Shown here: piece after piece, positions 25,268-37,528 of the stretch
Layout of the letters: every line of letters starts with the position of its first letter
Numbering within the stretch: the stretch's first letter is position 1
DNA from: Aplysia californica
Lineage: Eukaryota
Assembly (NCBI RefSeq): GCF_000002075.1
Contig: NW_004797302.1
Location: forward strand, 954,783 to 1,018,782
Reading direction: 5' to 3'
DNA: 64,000 nucleotides
Position numbers and translations under genes: made by a program
The notes under the pieces: generated by a model
What the model saw: only the letters and a program-made list of their open reading frames with translations
Database searches by the model: none
Told to the model about the DNA's origin: nothing

Positions 25268-26139
25268 GTATGTACTTTAGGACGTTTCAGGAAAATGTTG
25301 GGGGTTTTTTCTTTTTCTTTTTGAGTTGGTTTAATGTGATCGCGTTTTTGTTAATGAATGTTGTGAGTCCGTCATTTTACTCTGTTTCTAAAGGGGAAAA
25401 GCTGAAACTATTTTTTTGTAATCTAATTTCTTTCTTTGAGGGTTCAGCTATTTTGAGATTGTACAAATTATTCAAAACTGGTAGTATTTTTTGTTTGTGT
25501 CGTTTTAGTTCTTTTTTGTATTGCTATTCAGATTTTGTGTTCATAGTTCATAGCTGCAAGTTGTTTTGTCAAAAACTGGAAGAGAGGGTAGGAATAGTTT
25601 TTCTGTTTAGAATAAAAACATAGCACTGTCTTATGTAACTATAAAACTTATCTCCAGAAAGAAAACATATCAAAACAGACCTTGGGTATGCTCTTTAGTA
25701 TTGTTTTCAAAACATTTTATCAATATTTGGGCCTTGTCATCTTAATGATTTATGTTTGTCTTCGTTTTCACATTTTGTCTCATTTGACCAATTCAGTTGA
25801 AATCCTTATATGCCACAGGCCAGTCATGTCATGAACTCACGTGTTGTTCTCAGGGAGAAAAAGTCGGAAACATGCCTTTCTCCTTTCAGAGAACTCTGGG
25901 TTCATAATGTCTCATTTTACATTCTGTCTTTGAGCTTTGTCCATCTAATTTCACCATCTCTGTTTTATTTAGTTGGAATAACCGTGTTATTTTATAATGT
26001 CTTTACGCTAGTGGCTGTAGAGCTCTTGATCGGGCTGGGGAGAGGGATGTCAAAGGAAACTAGCTGTCTCATGTTGACAATATTCCCTTCCCATAAAATG
26101 TCTATTTTGTTAAGGGCACTAATTATGTTTGACATCTGC

Positions 26140-26640
26140 GCACCTCATTTGATGTAGTCTGTAGAAATCCTTATTTGATGATCACAGGACTTCAGTTTGA
26201 GATCTCATCCTTTTCTCATGAAAAGAGCACATCATCACTATTCCAACATTCCTTCATGACACTTCTCCCATCTTTCAGTGTACTCTCAGCAGTATGTTCA
26301 TGCGTCTCCTTTGACTAATTAATTATTCTGTATAAATCCTCACTTGATGATCTCAGGACTTCAGTTTGAGATCTCATCCTCATCATATCTAAAAGTATAT
26401 ATATCTACACTATACTTTCAGTGTTCCTTTATCATACTTGTTCTGTTTTTCAGTAATGTACTCTCAGCAATCTATTCATGAGTCTCATTTGACTTATTTT
26501 GTATAAATCCTCATAAAACAATCCTGGGACTTCAGTTTGAGATTTCGTCCTTCATCTCATGGAAATAGCTCGCACATTTTCCCTTCACATCCAGTGTTCC
26601 TTTACCACACTTCTTCTGTCTTCCAGTAACATCCTTTCAG
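26140..26640. repeat. ~170-bp tandem repeat, 3 copies
   Basis: AAATCCT...GGACTTCAGTTTGAGAT recurs near 26165, 26334 and 26505. Confidence 0.8.
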
Positions 26641-26805
26641 CAGTCTGTCCGTGCAGTCCGAAAAAGTCTAAGGTTGTACCGCTGTTTGTTATATATCTCA
26701 TGTCATATCCGCTGTTGGTGTTGATCACTGCCGTGTGCTCTGTGTTGCTGGAGGCCACAGAACTAGGGAAAGGACAGTGGGTGCAATGATGAGGTGATCT
26801 ACTTG

Positions 26806-27370
26806 ATTACTGTCCGGGTATTGAAATGTGCGTTGGATTACTGTAAAGGTGTTGAAATGCGCGTAGGATTATTGTCGGGGTATTGAAATGTGTGTAGGAT
26901 TACTGTCGGGGTATTGAAATGTGCGTTGGATTACTGTCAGGGTATTGAAATTTGCGTAGGATTACTGTCGGGGTATTGAAATGTAAGTAAGTTGGATTTC
27001 TTTCGGGGTATTGAAATGTGTGTTGGATTACTGTCAGGGTATTGAAATTTGCGTAGGATTACTGTCAGGGTACATTGAATTGTGCATTGCATTACTGTCA
27101 GGGTATATTGAAAAGTGCGTAGGATTACTGTTAGGGTATGAATAGTGCGATGGATTATTGTCAGGGTATTGAGTAGTGCGTAGGATTACTATCAGGGTAT
27201 ATTGAATAGTGCATAGGATTACTGTCAGCATATTGAATAGTGCGTAGGACAGCTGTCAGGATTACTGTCAGGGTATATTGAATAGTGCGTATGGTGACTG
27301 TCTGGATTACTGTCAGGTATGGAATAGTGCGTAGAATTACTGTCGCGATATTGTAATGTGCGTAGGTTAT
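26806..27370. repeat. Minisatellite, 31-33-bp unit GGATTACTGTCAGGGTATTGAAATGTGCGTA, about 17 copies
   Basis: Direct head-to-tail repeats with no spacers. Confidence 0.93.
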
Positions 27371-27602
27371 TTTCAAGGAAAGATTAAAGCATGAGTTGTC
27401 TCCTCAGTGCTGAGTGCTGCCTTGGTGAACTCCCCTCCCATTCTGGGCTGATTTATTATGTAATTGATCTACTCATGAAAGTTATCAAAAAACAAACTAC
27501 AATAGACTTGAAGAGGATTGTAGTGATACTGGCACAGTTGTAATCATAATCGAAGAGTTTACTGTGGATGGAAATTTGAAATAGGACCACTGTTCTTCTG
27601 TT

Positions 27603-27787
27603 TAATTTAGTTTTAATAAGAGTTTTACGGCACTTGCAACACAATAAGGTCCTGTAATATAAGTGCCAAAGATTAGAGGTGTTACAAGAGAGTAACAAAC
27701 ATAAAAAGAAGGAGGAGAGATAAAGACGACAGTTGTTTGATAGGAAAGAAGGAGCAAACCACACCAGAGCACCCGCCAACCCCCCAC
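27603..27787 (-). mobile_element. ~190-bp headless retroposon
   Basis: 13-bp TSD CTGTTCTTCTGTT (27590-27602, 27788-27800); (CTAAA)n tail. Confidence 0.8.
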
Positions 27788-28794
27788 CTGTTCTTCTGTT
27801 ACAACAGAATTAATCGGTCTGATTTTATTTTAAAAGCTTTGGGAAAAGGTAGACATTGCTCTCCTCACGAAAAAAAAAAAGGAGTCACATGCGAAGTAAT
27901 GCATGTAACTTATTAACACACTTTCGTCTTTTCCATTTTCTTTTAGTGCAGTTGGAGATCACAGTTTTTCATTGGTTTATTTGTTATGGACAGTTTTGTA
28001 GGTTGTCCTGAACTGCTGAAGTGGCCACGCTGCCTTTTGGTACACTAACAAAAAGTGTTCTTATCTTAAAGTATTTGGGACTCTTTTTCTATTATCTAAT
28101 TTTAGTGAAATGTTATACAGACTGCTCAGTGTAAGTCTTTGTCACAATATGTATTTTTTCAAAAATAGCATATGGTGGGGTCTTACTCTAAGTATTAGTG
28201 ATAGATCTATAGATAATTAGATAGATAGACAGACAGATAGATAGAGAGAGAGAAGGAAAAAGAGAAAGACAGAGAGGTGAAGAGTGCGTTTGCGTGTATT
28301 GATTTACCTCACCGTAGGAAATATATTTCTCTAGTAGTAGACACAAATATGGTTGATTTGAAAGCGGAAGCTGTGAGCAGGTGATATATATCTTTGTGAC
28401 AACAAGATAATATAGGATTTTTGAGAGCATCTGAGGCAAGAAAAAATTGGAGAACCATGACTGCCGGTGTCTGTATCAGTATCAGATCTGACATTTACTG
28501 ATGAAATTTTGTTAGCATGGCACCTTCTGTACCTCTCCCTCCTCTGTGGCGGTCGCTGAGAGAGAGAAAGCTGCCGTGTGCCGGTGTTGCATGGCCTCGC
28601 AGCTGTTTCCACCTCCTCTTTCTTTCTGCCCTTATGATCAGTCGAGGTCTGCCGCTACTTTCAGTTTGCAGGTTGCACTTAATAATTTTTGCAGCACTTA
28701 ATAATTTTTTTGCAGCATACAGAGGCCAATTGAGTGCGTGTGTGTGTTTTTTAAAAAGATTTTTTTGTGTTTGTGAATTGTATAAATATATATA

Positions 28795-28975
28795 CAGTCG
28801 AACTTGCTTTAGTAGCCACCTTTATAAGATATCACCTGTACAAATGGCCACTTCTCAGTTCCCCTTTTGTTTTTCTTCTTCTAATATTATTCTGACACTG
28901 TGTAAGACATCCTTGCATCTAACACGGCCTCTTTTCTCCTTGGCACCGGGTGGCTGTCTTAGACAATTTCGACTG
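28795..28975. mobile_element. Tc1/mariner (pogo-like) MITE
   Basis: TA-CAGTCGAA...TTCGACTG ends; related pieces at ~43890-44128 and ~59730-59825. Confidence 0.6.
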
Positions 28976-29242
28976 AATATATAAAAATATAATGATATAT
29001 GTGTGGGTATTGCCGCATTATTTGTTTTATTGCATTAGTTTTTTAAGCTGCTTTCTCATGATCCTGGCCTGGTTTCTTTTTCCATTGCCTTGCAAAGCAA
29101 ATATGACTATTTTACCTCTTATAGGCTTCACTTAATATTTTAGGCCATAAATAGCAGTGCGTGTCTTGGGTGAAATGCACCTTCCGTTTTGTCCTTTTTG
29201 TGTAAAGTTTTGTATTATTTATGCTTTTTGTTTTTCTTATAG

Positions 29243-29282
29243 ACCTAGGACTTTGTCCTCCAACCTTCACTCAATCCAGTAG
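29243..29282 (+). CDS. BORCS8: Candidate BORCS8 terminal coding exon (PRTLSSNLHSIQ*; exon may run to donor at 29307)
   Basis: Strong acceptor ttttgtttttcttatag; a phase-2 join gives TAG at 29280-29282; no homology support. Confidence 0.4.
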
Positions 29283-29761
29283 CTCGCACATGACACACAC
29301 CACCTGGTAAATGTACTGTCTAGTGTGTGCTTTGCACCCTTTCTGTTGTTCTTTGCTCTTTGAAAAAAAAACTGGTCATGATTTATTCCTGCAATGAAAC
29401 AGAGTGAAGAAAGTGGAAGATTTTGTGCTTTACTTTACCTTACTTTTCCGATCCAGCGGCCATTTGAAGATTTTGTGCTCAGAGTTAGGCTTTTTTTACT
29501 CATGTGGCTGAAGTCTGTGGTGTATTGGCTTTGACTGAACTGCACTTAAGAAGCAAACAGAATAAAGAAGAAATGATCTAAAAGGGTTGTTAGTTATATA
29601 GTCGAAAATGTCCCAAGATGGCCACCTATTGTCCATTGAGAAAAGTGGTGTCTTAGACGGGTGGATGTCTTGGACAATGTCAGTATGATATAGAAGACTC
29701 CCAGGGGGTGGGGGTGGGGAGAGGGTGGTTGTGTACAAGTGGTTGTCATGGGCAGATGTTT

Positions 29762-29945
29762 TAGTTTAGTTTTAGTAGAGGTTTTACGGCACTCTCAACT
29801 GCATAAGGTCATATGAGCGCCAGAAGATTAGAGGTGTTACAAGAGAGTAACAAACATAAAAAGAGAAGAAGGAGAGATAAGGACAATAGATGTTTGATAG
29901 GAAAGAAAAAGCAAACCACACCAGTGCACCTGCCAACGACCCACA
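29762..29945 (-). mobile_element. ~190-bp headless retroposon, variant tail
   Basis: 12-bp TSD GGGCAGATGTTT (29750-29761, 29946-29957). Confidence 0.8.
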
Positions 29946-31267
29946 GGGCAGATGTTTGTTGGAGCAGGTTCTACTGTATTTGACTCTGTCACAAATTTTC
30001 TGTATGATGCAGTTGCATTATGCTAATGAGGTTTGTTTTGGGGGTTTTTCTCATTATGTTTATGATATAATGAATATCAAGTTCACATTTACTAATGGTC
30101 TCAAAGTGCTTTCTGTGTTTGTGTGCATTGCAAACTGAACATACATGTCACCATTTGAATTTTCCTAATTTTTGTATGATGATGACTATTTCTTTTAAAT
30201 CAATGTTTTTAATACAATTGAGTCCTCAGAAAAATGAAGCTTTGCAATCCAAGCACTAGATCTAGTAAAAAAAAAGAGAGAGAAACAAAACCTTCTAGGG
30301 CCTATCGTATAACATAGTTACTCAAGATTTTCCCCAATTTAATTCAGTATTTCAATTCAATAACTCGGTGTTCTTTGTGTCATTGGGATCAAAGGACCAG
30401 GCATCTTGTCAACCCCGCCAAAAAAACGAAAAAACATTTTTTTGCTAATAAATGAAAACAGAGACAGCACAATGTAAACATTTATGGCACTTCAGACTTT
30501 TCAAACATTAGCGTTATGACTTTTTAAATAACGTTCTTGTTGGAAGCTGATTTCTCATTGATATTCTATTTTCTTGTCGATGACTGATGTGAGGAGATTG
30601 ATTTTTGCCTGAACGTTGCTTCTCCTTCTTAATACTTTCCTTTCCTTTCCTAGTTTGCCCCCAAACCCACCCATCCCCCCCCCCCCCTTTCCCCCACCCC
30701 CATTAAAAGAACTAGCATTTTTTATTAATTATGAATTTTTTTTTTGCAAATCTATTTTAATTAACCACCAAGTTCATTTTGAAATCTGTCCGCGTGGTTT
30801 TATGCACCCCGCATAATTTAGCAAAATTTGATCATTTTTTGCATAATTTCTGATTATTTTCCTTTATCATTCTTTGTTAAAATTAACAGAATCGCATAAT
30901 TTTTCATTTTTGGGCTCAGTTTGCATAATTTCAGACTTTTCTTTGCATAAAACGATGGGGACGGTGAAATTCAGTGAAGTTTGCGGAACCCAAAATCTGT
31001 TGACCATCAGATTATGTTTAGATTTGTTGCTTTTTTTTCCGGTGTGTTTTCGGTTTTGAGAGATTGCAAAGAGGTTGTAAATAGTTTAGAGATTGTCAAA
31101 TTGTCAATTACCAAGGAAAAAATCAGGGTTATAATAAATTGCATTTATAATAATAATAAATTCTATTTTGTCTCTGTTTACTGCTGTTTATGGACTAACT
31201 GTGCTCAGTTTGTGGGAACTCCTCAGTAGTTTTGTCTTTTGACTTATTGCTGATCATTTTTGCTTCT

Positions 31268-31600
31268 ATAGCTTAGAGGTTAAGCTCTCAGACTCGCAAC
31301 TGTAATGTCGTGAGTTTGAGTCCCATCAGGGGCCTTGGGGAAAGAACTTTGCAGGAATTTTTCTCACTTCTCCCAGAAAGGAATGTGTATCAAGTTATAG
31401 ACAGCGGAAGATCTTGGTTGTTGTTTTTTTGTGTTGGGGTGCATGCAATCTGCAGCTTGCATTGTATGCTTCTCGAGAAGCCTTGAATGTGTCTGAGTGT
31501 TCTCGGGTCTGCTAGGGTAATAATAGTTGTAAAGCGCATAGAGCATGCTGTAGAGTGTGGATGTGCGCTATATAAATGCAGTTATTGTAATGATTATTAT
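31268..31600 (+). mobile_element. tRNA-derived CORE-like SINE with L2-type tail
   Basis: TAGCTTAGAGGTTAAG head; tail TGTAAAGCGCATAGAGC...GCGCTATATAAAT; tail fragments also at ~33960-34110 and ~37230-37380. Confidence 0.65.
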
Positions 31601-33004
31601 TTTATTGCTATTGTTGTCATGATTGAGATCTCCAGTCTCCATAATGATGTGTGAGAAAAATGAAGCTTCAATATGACAAAGTTCTTTTATTATCCCTATA
31701 TTGTATCTTGATTGGCGGGGGAGGGGGTTTGTTTATTTTGTAAATTCTGTTTTGTTATGAACAAGTTTTTCTAAATATGGAAAAAAAGAACATTTTCTCT
31801 TTTTTCAATCATGATGTGTTCCACTTAAACTTTCCTCTGAATTTTCAAAGCTTAAAAAAATTTTTTTGGTTATGCTTTTTATAATCAGAAATGCTTTAGA
31901 AAGCAAAATAAAGCTCCAAACTTACTTCCATATATGGCTGTCCGGGCATTCAGGTGTACTAAGCTCTAAATCATACTAAATGTTGAAGATATTTTTTATT
32001 GAAGTTTCAAAATCTGTGGTATTGATTGCTTGTGCCCGAACAAATATTTGGACAAAATTCAAATTCTAGAGGGGGGGGGGGGGGGGGGGGGTTAAAAGAT
32101 ACATTAACCATTAACCAGGCCCAATTGTTAAAAGAATGAAATATTTTTTTTCCTTTCCTGGTAGATTTTACTTTTTGGGCTTACAACATTTGAACATCTT
32201 TCCAATGGTATGTTCCGTCACTTACTTTGATAAATGTATCTTGTAGAAAGACTACAGTTTGTGTTGATGGGAGTGTATAAATCACCTACATTTAAAAAAG
32301 AAAGAAAAAAAAGACTAGTTTTCATATCTCTGAGGTTGGTAAAGTTATCAGAATTCTGAAGGATATCTGACATTTGCTACTTCTGATTCGCTAATGCTTG
32401 TGTTTGCTTCTTGTCAGGGAATTTTTTCTTCAGAACAATTCATGAACACTCTTTTGTATTTGAATTGTTTAGTCTAAGATGAGTGTCGGGCATGTCATAG
32501 AAAACTTTACTACTTGAAGTACAAAGGAAATCTGGATTAAAGGTTCAACTAGAGTGTAAACAATGATATATGGGAATAAAAATGATGTCAAGATGAAGGT
32601 CCAGCATTGTCTTTGGTATTGCCACTGTTTTAGAAGGTTTGTGTAGCTTTCTTTGTTTCCTTTTCTGGTCAAATTTTGGAATTTTTTCCTGCATATTCCT
32701 TTCAATTTGAAATGGGGCCAATAATAGAAATGAGTTTAAGACTGAAACCTGAGCTATCCCCTCCCCCTTTTCCTTCTTTTGCCAGGATAAGTAGAGAAAG
32801 CTGACTTTCTGTGTTCAAAAGTTTACACTCATGGATGGAATTGTGTATTAATTTGGATTCGCCATGTGCACCCTTGATATTGAAAGCTGAATGCGAGCTT
32901 TCAATTACTTTTGTCAATTTGTTAATTTTTTAGTTTGAATAATAATTAGATCATCCCTCATTGTCTGACGGTGACCAATGAATCTGCACAGAATATTTCT
33001 TTAA

Positions 33005-33243
33005 CCCTATAAGTGCGTCGTGTTTTACTATCGTATCCATCCGACGTGGGAACTCTGTGCCACCTCTTTCCAAAGAGGAAATTTACTCATTAATCTGATC
33101 TGTACGCTTTGCATAGCAGTCTGTCAAAATGATTTTTTGAGAAATACTGAAAGTTTCAAAGAGATGTTGGTGCCAGTAATATTACAAAATTTGGAGAATA
33201 CTACCCCGGGGGTCCAAAATGACCCTAGCGCGTACGGATAGGG
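33005..33243. mobile_element. piggyBac-type MITE
   Basis: TTAA-CCCTAT...ATAGGG-TTAA; sister copy at 53415-53638. Confidence 0.82.
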
Positions 33244-34485
33244 TTAAGAGAAACTGACGAAAAATGGATTCAAATAATTTGTGGCTTCTGCTTTGACCTA
33301 TGAGACTATCTTTGGCTGACAGAGAAGAGTTTGTGAGCATTTAAAAGTTTCATTTCCAAATCAGTTATGGATGTATGCAGGTTGAGATTTTTAGCAGCAT
33401 ATATAGCCTTTTACGGTTCACTAGTGTATCTTACTTTTAATTCTTTTGTTTCCTTTTCCTCAGCAGAAGAACACGACAGAGGCAACAGGCTGAGGATTTG
33501 GCCACAAACAGAGAGGTGGAGAAGTACATGTCGACAACATGACAACATTGCTGCTTTGCTGCTGCTCACTGCAAAAATTTGACTGTTCCTGCCAGGCCGT
33601 TGTTGACAGCTCCTTCCACAACTCTTTTGATAGTATCCACGTCACTTTAGAAAGTACACCGATAACATCATGTATGTGGCTCATTCTTCCCACAGATTGT
33701 ACATCCAAAAATACTATATTTTGTTATAATTTTTTTTCTGGAGCACTCTTAACGTACTTGGTAATACTTGACTGTTAGATTTGGTCACAAATTATTCATG
33801 ATATCGGTCAGAGTAAAACCCTTCTATAGCATCTGTGAAAAGTTAACATGAAAATAGAATGCGGAACTGCATGTCAATGGTTGTTTTGTGGTTCATCAGG
33901 GTACATCATAAACATGCAGGAAGATTTGTCAGCATTTTTTGTTGTAGAAAACAAAATATGAATCTGCATCCACCATCTATATGCCTTCTGGGAAGCCAAA
34001 AACGTATCTGAGTCTGAGTGAATTGGGGTTTGATGGAATAATAATAGTTGTAAAGTGTGAGGAGCATCCTATTGAGCATGGATATGCGCTATGCAAACGC
34101 AATTATTATTATAATTATCTTGAGAAAGAGGGAAAGTTGAAGATTTGAAGAGACCATGAAAGCTTTGACTGTGATTGGCTCCTTCTGACAAAGGAAAACA
34201 TATTTCAGGGTTCTTATTTGGTGTGTAGACTTGACAGACTTCAAGAGGTTTCTTCCTAGATTTAAGAAATTTTGACTTTTAACTTCTCTGTCACTGCAAA
34301 CAATTACAAGCGGATTTAATGGGTTTTAAAAGTGAAACTATTCGTTGGACTCAGATAGTTTTTGAGATATGGTCACGTTTGTGAGTGAGGGATGAACCAA
34401 CTACTTTTGAGATAAATGTCAAAAATCAACACCATTCGTAATATTAAATAATGGAAAAGCTTTTAAAAATTGAAGTGAAATAATT

Positions 34486-34640
34486 GAGTCAGGACGCGGT
34501 GGAATCAGGCGCTCGTCAATTTTTGGGTGTGTGGAGGTATTGGTATCAACTGCAAGCTTGGCGGAAGAACTGGCCGAAAAATGCCTGTTTCTTCGATTTC
34601 TTTATTTTGACGAGCGCCTGATTTCACTACAATGGCTCAC
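34486..34640. mobile_element. Internally deleted copy of the Sola1-like MITE
   Basis: Both TIRs present, ~280 bp of the interior missing. Confidence 0.65.
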
Positions 34641-35554
34641 ATTTTGTGAGGGTAGGGAAAAATGGGTGGTGAGTTGATATATTACGAATCTCAAATTTCC
34701 CCAAAATAAGGTTTTTCACTATTTTCCATTTTCCTAATTTTCTTTAAATAAGCCTGTGTGACATGCGGACCCTTTTCCCTGTCCCACACACACACATATT
34801 GTTTTCCCCATCAGCCGCTTTATTTAATAATGATGAATGATGTTATTATGTGATATGTTAGTATTTTATGGTGGTTTGTTCTGCATTTTTACAATTGTGT
34901 GAAGAAATACAGGGGATTAAAGCTAGTGTTTTAGTGACTCGTGGAAAAATTGCAATACTTAATATTTTATATTTTTCTGGACTCTTACTCATTTGAGTGA
35001 AGATTGGGTTTGAGATGGCAAAATGTGAATGCCTTTATCAGCTATTTAAAAAATGTAATTAGAGGTGTGCCCCCATTGACACTATGTACATAATTTAGGA
35101 GGCAGCTGTTTCAACCCAGGCTAAGAGGGATACAACAACCCAGCAGACAAACTGAGAAAATCAAGTTTTGGTGTGAAAATATTGACCGATTTACATCCAC
35201 GCGTCTTCAATTTCTTTTGATTTTTTTTCGTGAGTTTTCCATCAGATTAAATTTTTGTAGGCACATTTATCTCTTTGACCTTTGAAGTCCTCTCTAGCTC
35301 AGGTGTGTCTGTGGCTGTTAAGTCTTGATGTGCTTATGTGGCAGGGAGAGAGATGAATATCTGTAGTTTTTTCTTCCTGAAAAAAAAATGTGATGTATGG
35401 TGTCTTAAATGACAGAGGAGTCTGTGTGTGTTGCTCAAGTTTCAACTAGATGGAAAGAGTGTTTTGTCCATGTAGCCTAAGAGCTGTTATTTGTGAGGGG
35501 AAAAAAACTCATTCCACCAATGCTACTTTTGTATTTATGTGCAATATACATGTA

Positions 35555-35560
35555 AATAAA
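35555..35560 (+). terminator. Putative polyadenylation signal of BORCS8
   Basis: tgtaAATAAA with upstream TGTA motifs and a downstream T-rich tract. Confidence 0.45.
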
Positions 35561-36254
35561 CTTCTGATATTTATTTTCTGGGTTTTTTTTTTACTCATTT
35601 TATTTTTTGTAGCAACACAATTTGTGACAAGTCGCCACCTGAGAATTACAAAGTTCTGCCTGACATTTTTGGCCCTTTTGAGTTACTAAGACCATGGGGT
35701 CAGAAACCAAAAATTCTGACTGCTCTATCAAGATCATAAGATTATTCTGAGTGGTTATCAAGATATTCAAGAATTGCATTAGAAAAAGCTTGACATATTG
35801 TGAAATTCAAAACTTTTTACATCGAGTTTCTCACAACTAGGCACTGAGCAGGTAGAACATTATAATTCTAGGATAGCTACGTGTCCAGCTTCACTGAGAA
35901 AGGCATTGTTTGTATCCTAAGAAAGCATACTCTACCCTACTTCCCCTTAGTTCACCCATCTGTCTTTGAATGGGTGGTAGACAGTCGTCAAAAAACAATG
36001 TATATATTTGAAGAGCAATGCCTCAAATCTCAAACTCAAAGGCACCAATATGACTGCACTGGTCAATGTTGGTTATGTTAAAGTGTGTAGGAGTACGGCT
36101 TAACACCCGTTTCGACACTATTAGTTTATTTAAGAGGTGGGACCTCCAAAGTTAGCATCCCTCTCCCTTAGAACCAAGCCAAATGGGTTGAGAGCCTTAA
36201 AAACTGCAAAACAATTCAATTTCAAGCGCACCCAGTCTGGGATTAGTACCACAG

Positions 36255-36680
36255 CCAGAATCCGGGTAGCGACGAAAAAATTGTCCCTTTCACCTCCTTT
36301 CCTGCTCTCTATCTAGTCTAGCAATATTCTGTCGTCTGCTTTCGTTTCCACTTTCTGCCCCTACCTCTGGGCTCCCGACTCTTTCTCCAGCCTTTCAACT
36401 GCTACTCCTAGGCTCCTTACTGCTGTCTTTCAGCCACACCCCTGATCTTCTGGTAGGAAATATCTACACCTAGCCTTCTCGGACAAGGGAAAAAAATCTT
36501 GGAGGACCCGTGTGCAAGTTGCGCACGTTAAAGATCCCTTGGTGGTCTAAAATCGATAAGAGTAGACTTCGGCCGCCACGTGGGCAAAATAAAAAATTTT
36601 CTACCCACTGAAAATGTTTAATGTGTCCCGCACGCTCATATGACCTTATGCAGATGCGAGCACCGTAAAACATTACCAAA
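36255..36680 (+). mobile_element. 5'-truncated copy of the Deu/Nin-type SINE
   Basis: Collinear with 1490-1945. Confidence 0.78.
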
Positions 36681-37522
36681 GAACCATAGCCATCCACTCT
36701 GCACTGTACTCAATGAGGATACCAACTAAGCTAGTGGAGTGCCCAGCAAATGTTGTACCTAACAGTAAAGTTAGTTCAAAGAGTTCATTCATTGTTCATT
36801 GTTTCAGGAAGCAACATCCCTGCACTCCGGACATGTCCACTGATGCTTCGGTGCTCTCTCCAAAATGTTGCCGAGGGTCCTTCCACTGATTGTGCCAGTA
36901 CAAAGAGTGTGATAGGCGAAACACCATTTTAATTTAGTAAACAAATGCAAGATAACATTCATATCTCTAGCAAAACTAATTCTTTTGGTTTTAGTGTTTT
37001 ACTACTGCACTTGCAGCACAACAAAGTCATATAAGTGCTGAAGACCAGAAGTGTAACTAGAGAGTTACAAACACAAAAAAAGGAGGGGAGATAAGGACGA
37101 CAGATGTTTGATAGGAAAGAAGGAGCAAATGGCACCAGAGCAAATTCTTAAGTTATGAAGATATACATGTACAATATAGGTGCAAACCATTAGTAGATCA
37201 GTTCAGTGCATTGTCTGTAGATTTCTTTAATAATAATAATAAATAGCATTTCTATAGCGCATATCCCCGCTCAACTGCAGGCTCTATGCGCTTTACACTA
37301 TATTATTACCCCAGCAGACCACAAAACACTCCGAAACATTCTCAGCTTCCCGGGAAGCATACAGTGCAAGCAGCTGATTAAGGGCTCAAACACTAACAAA
37401 CTGACAAGATAGTTGAACAAAAAGAAGTTCATAGGTCAAATGACATTCTATTGTTACTGTGAAGAGAAACAAGACCACCAACAGAAATAAATACGGTATA
37501 CACAAAACTTTTGAGAAGAGAC

Positions 37523-37528
37523 TTTATT
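37523..37528 (-). terminator. Candidate distal polyadenylation signal of NFX1
   Basis: AATAAA on - followed by GT/T-rich downstream sequence; other candidates exist (about 38858). Confidence 0.3.

Larger units (their letters stand above)
33464..35580 (+). other. Candidate BORCS8 last exon / 3' UTR (phase-2 frame RRTRQRQQAEDLATNREVEKYMSTT* to 33542)
   Basis: Long pyrimidine tract plus CAGCAG acceptor at 33461-33466; AATAAA at 35555-35560 followed by T-rich sequence. Confidence 0.4.

Noticed and set aside
25180-25623. 147-aa ORF as a separate gene
   Set aside because: Alternative frame over BORCS8 exon 5 running into T-rich intron
26806-27370. CRISPR-like array (31-33-bp period, ATTGAAA motif)
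   Set aside because: Units are contiguous with no unique spacers, there are no cas genes, and it lies in a eukaryotic intron; it is a minisatellite
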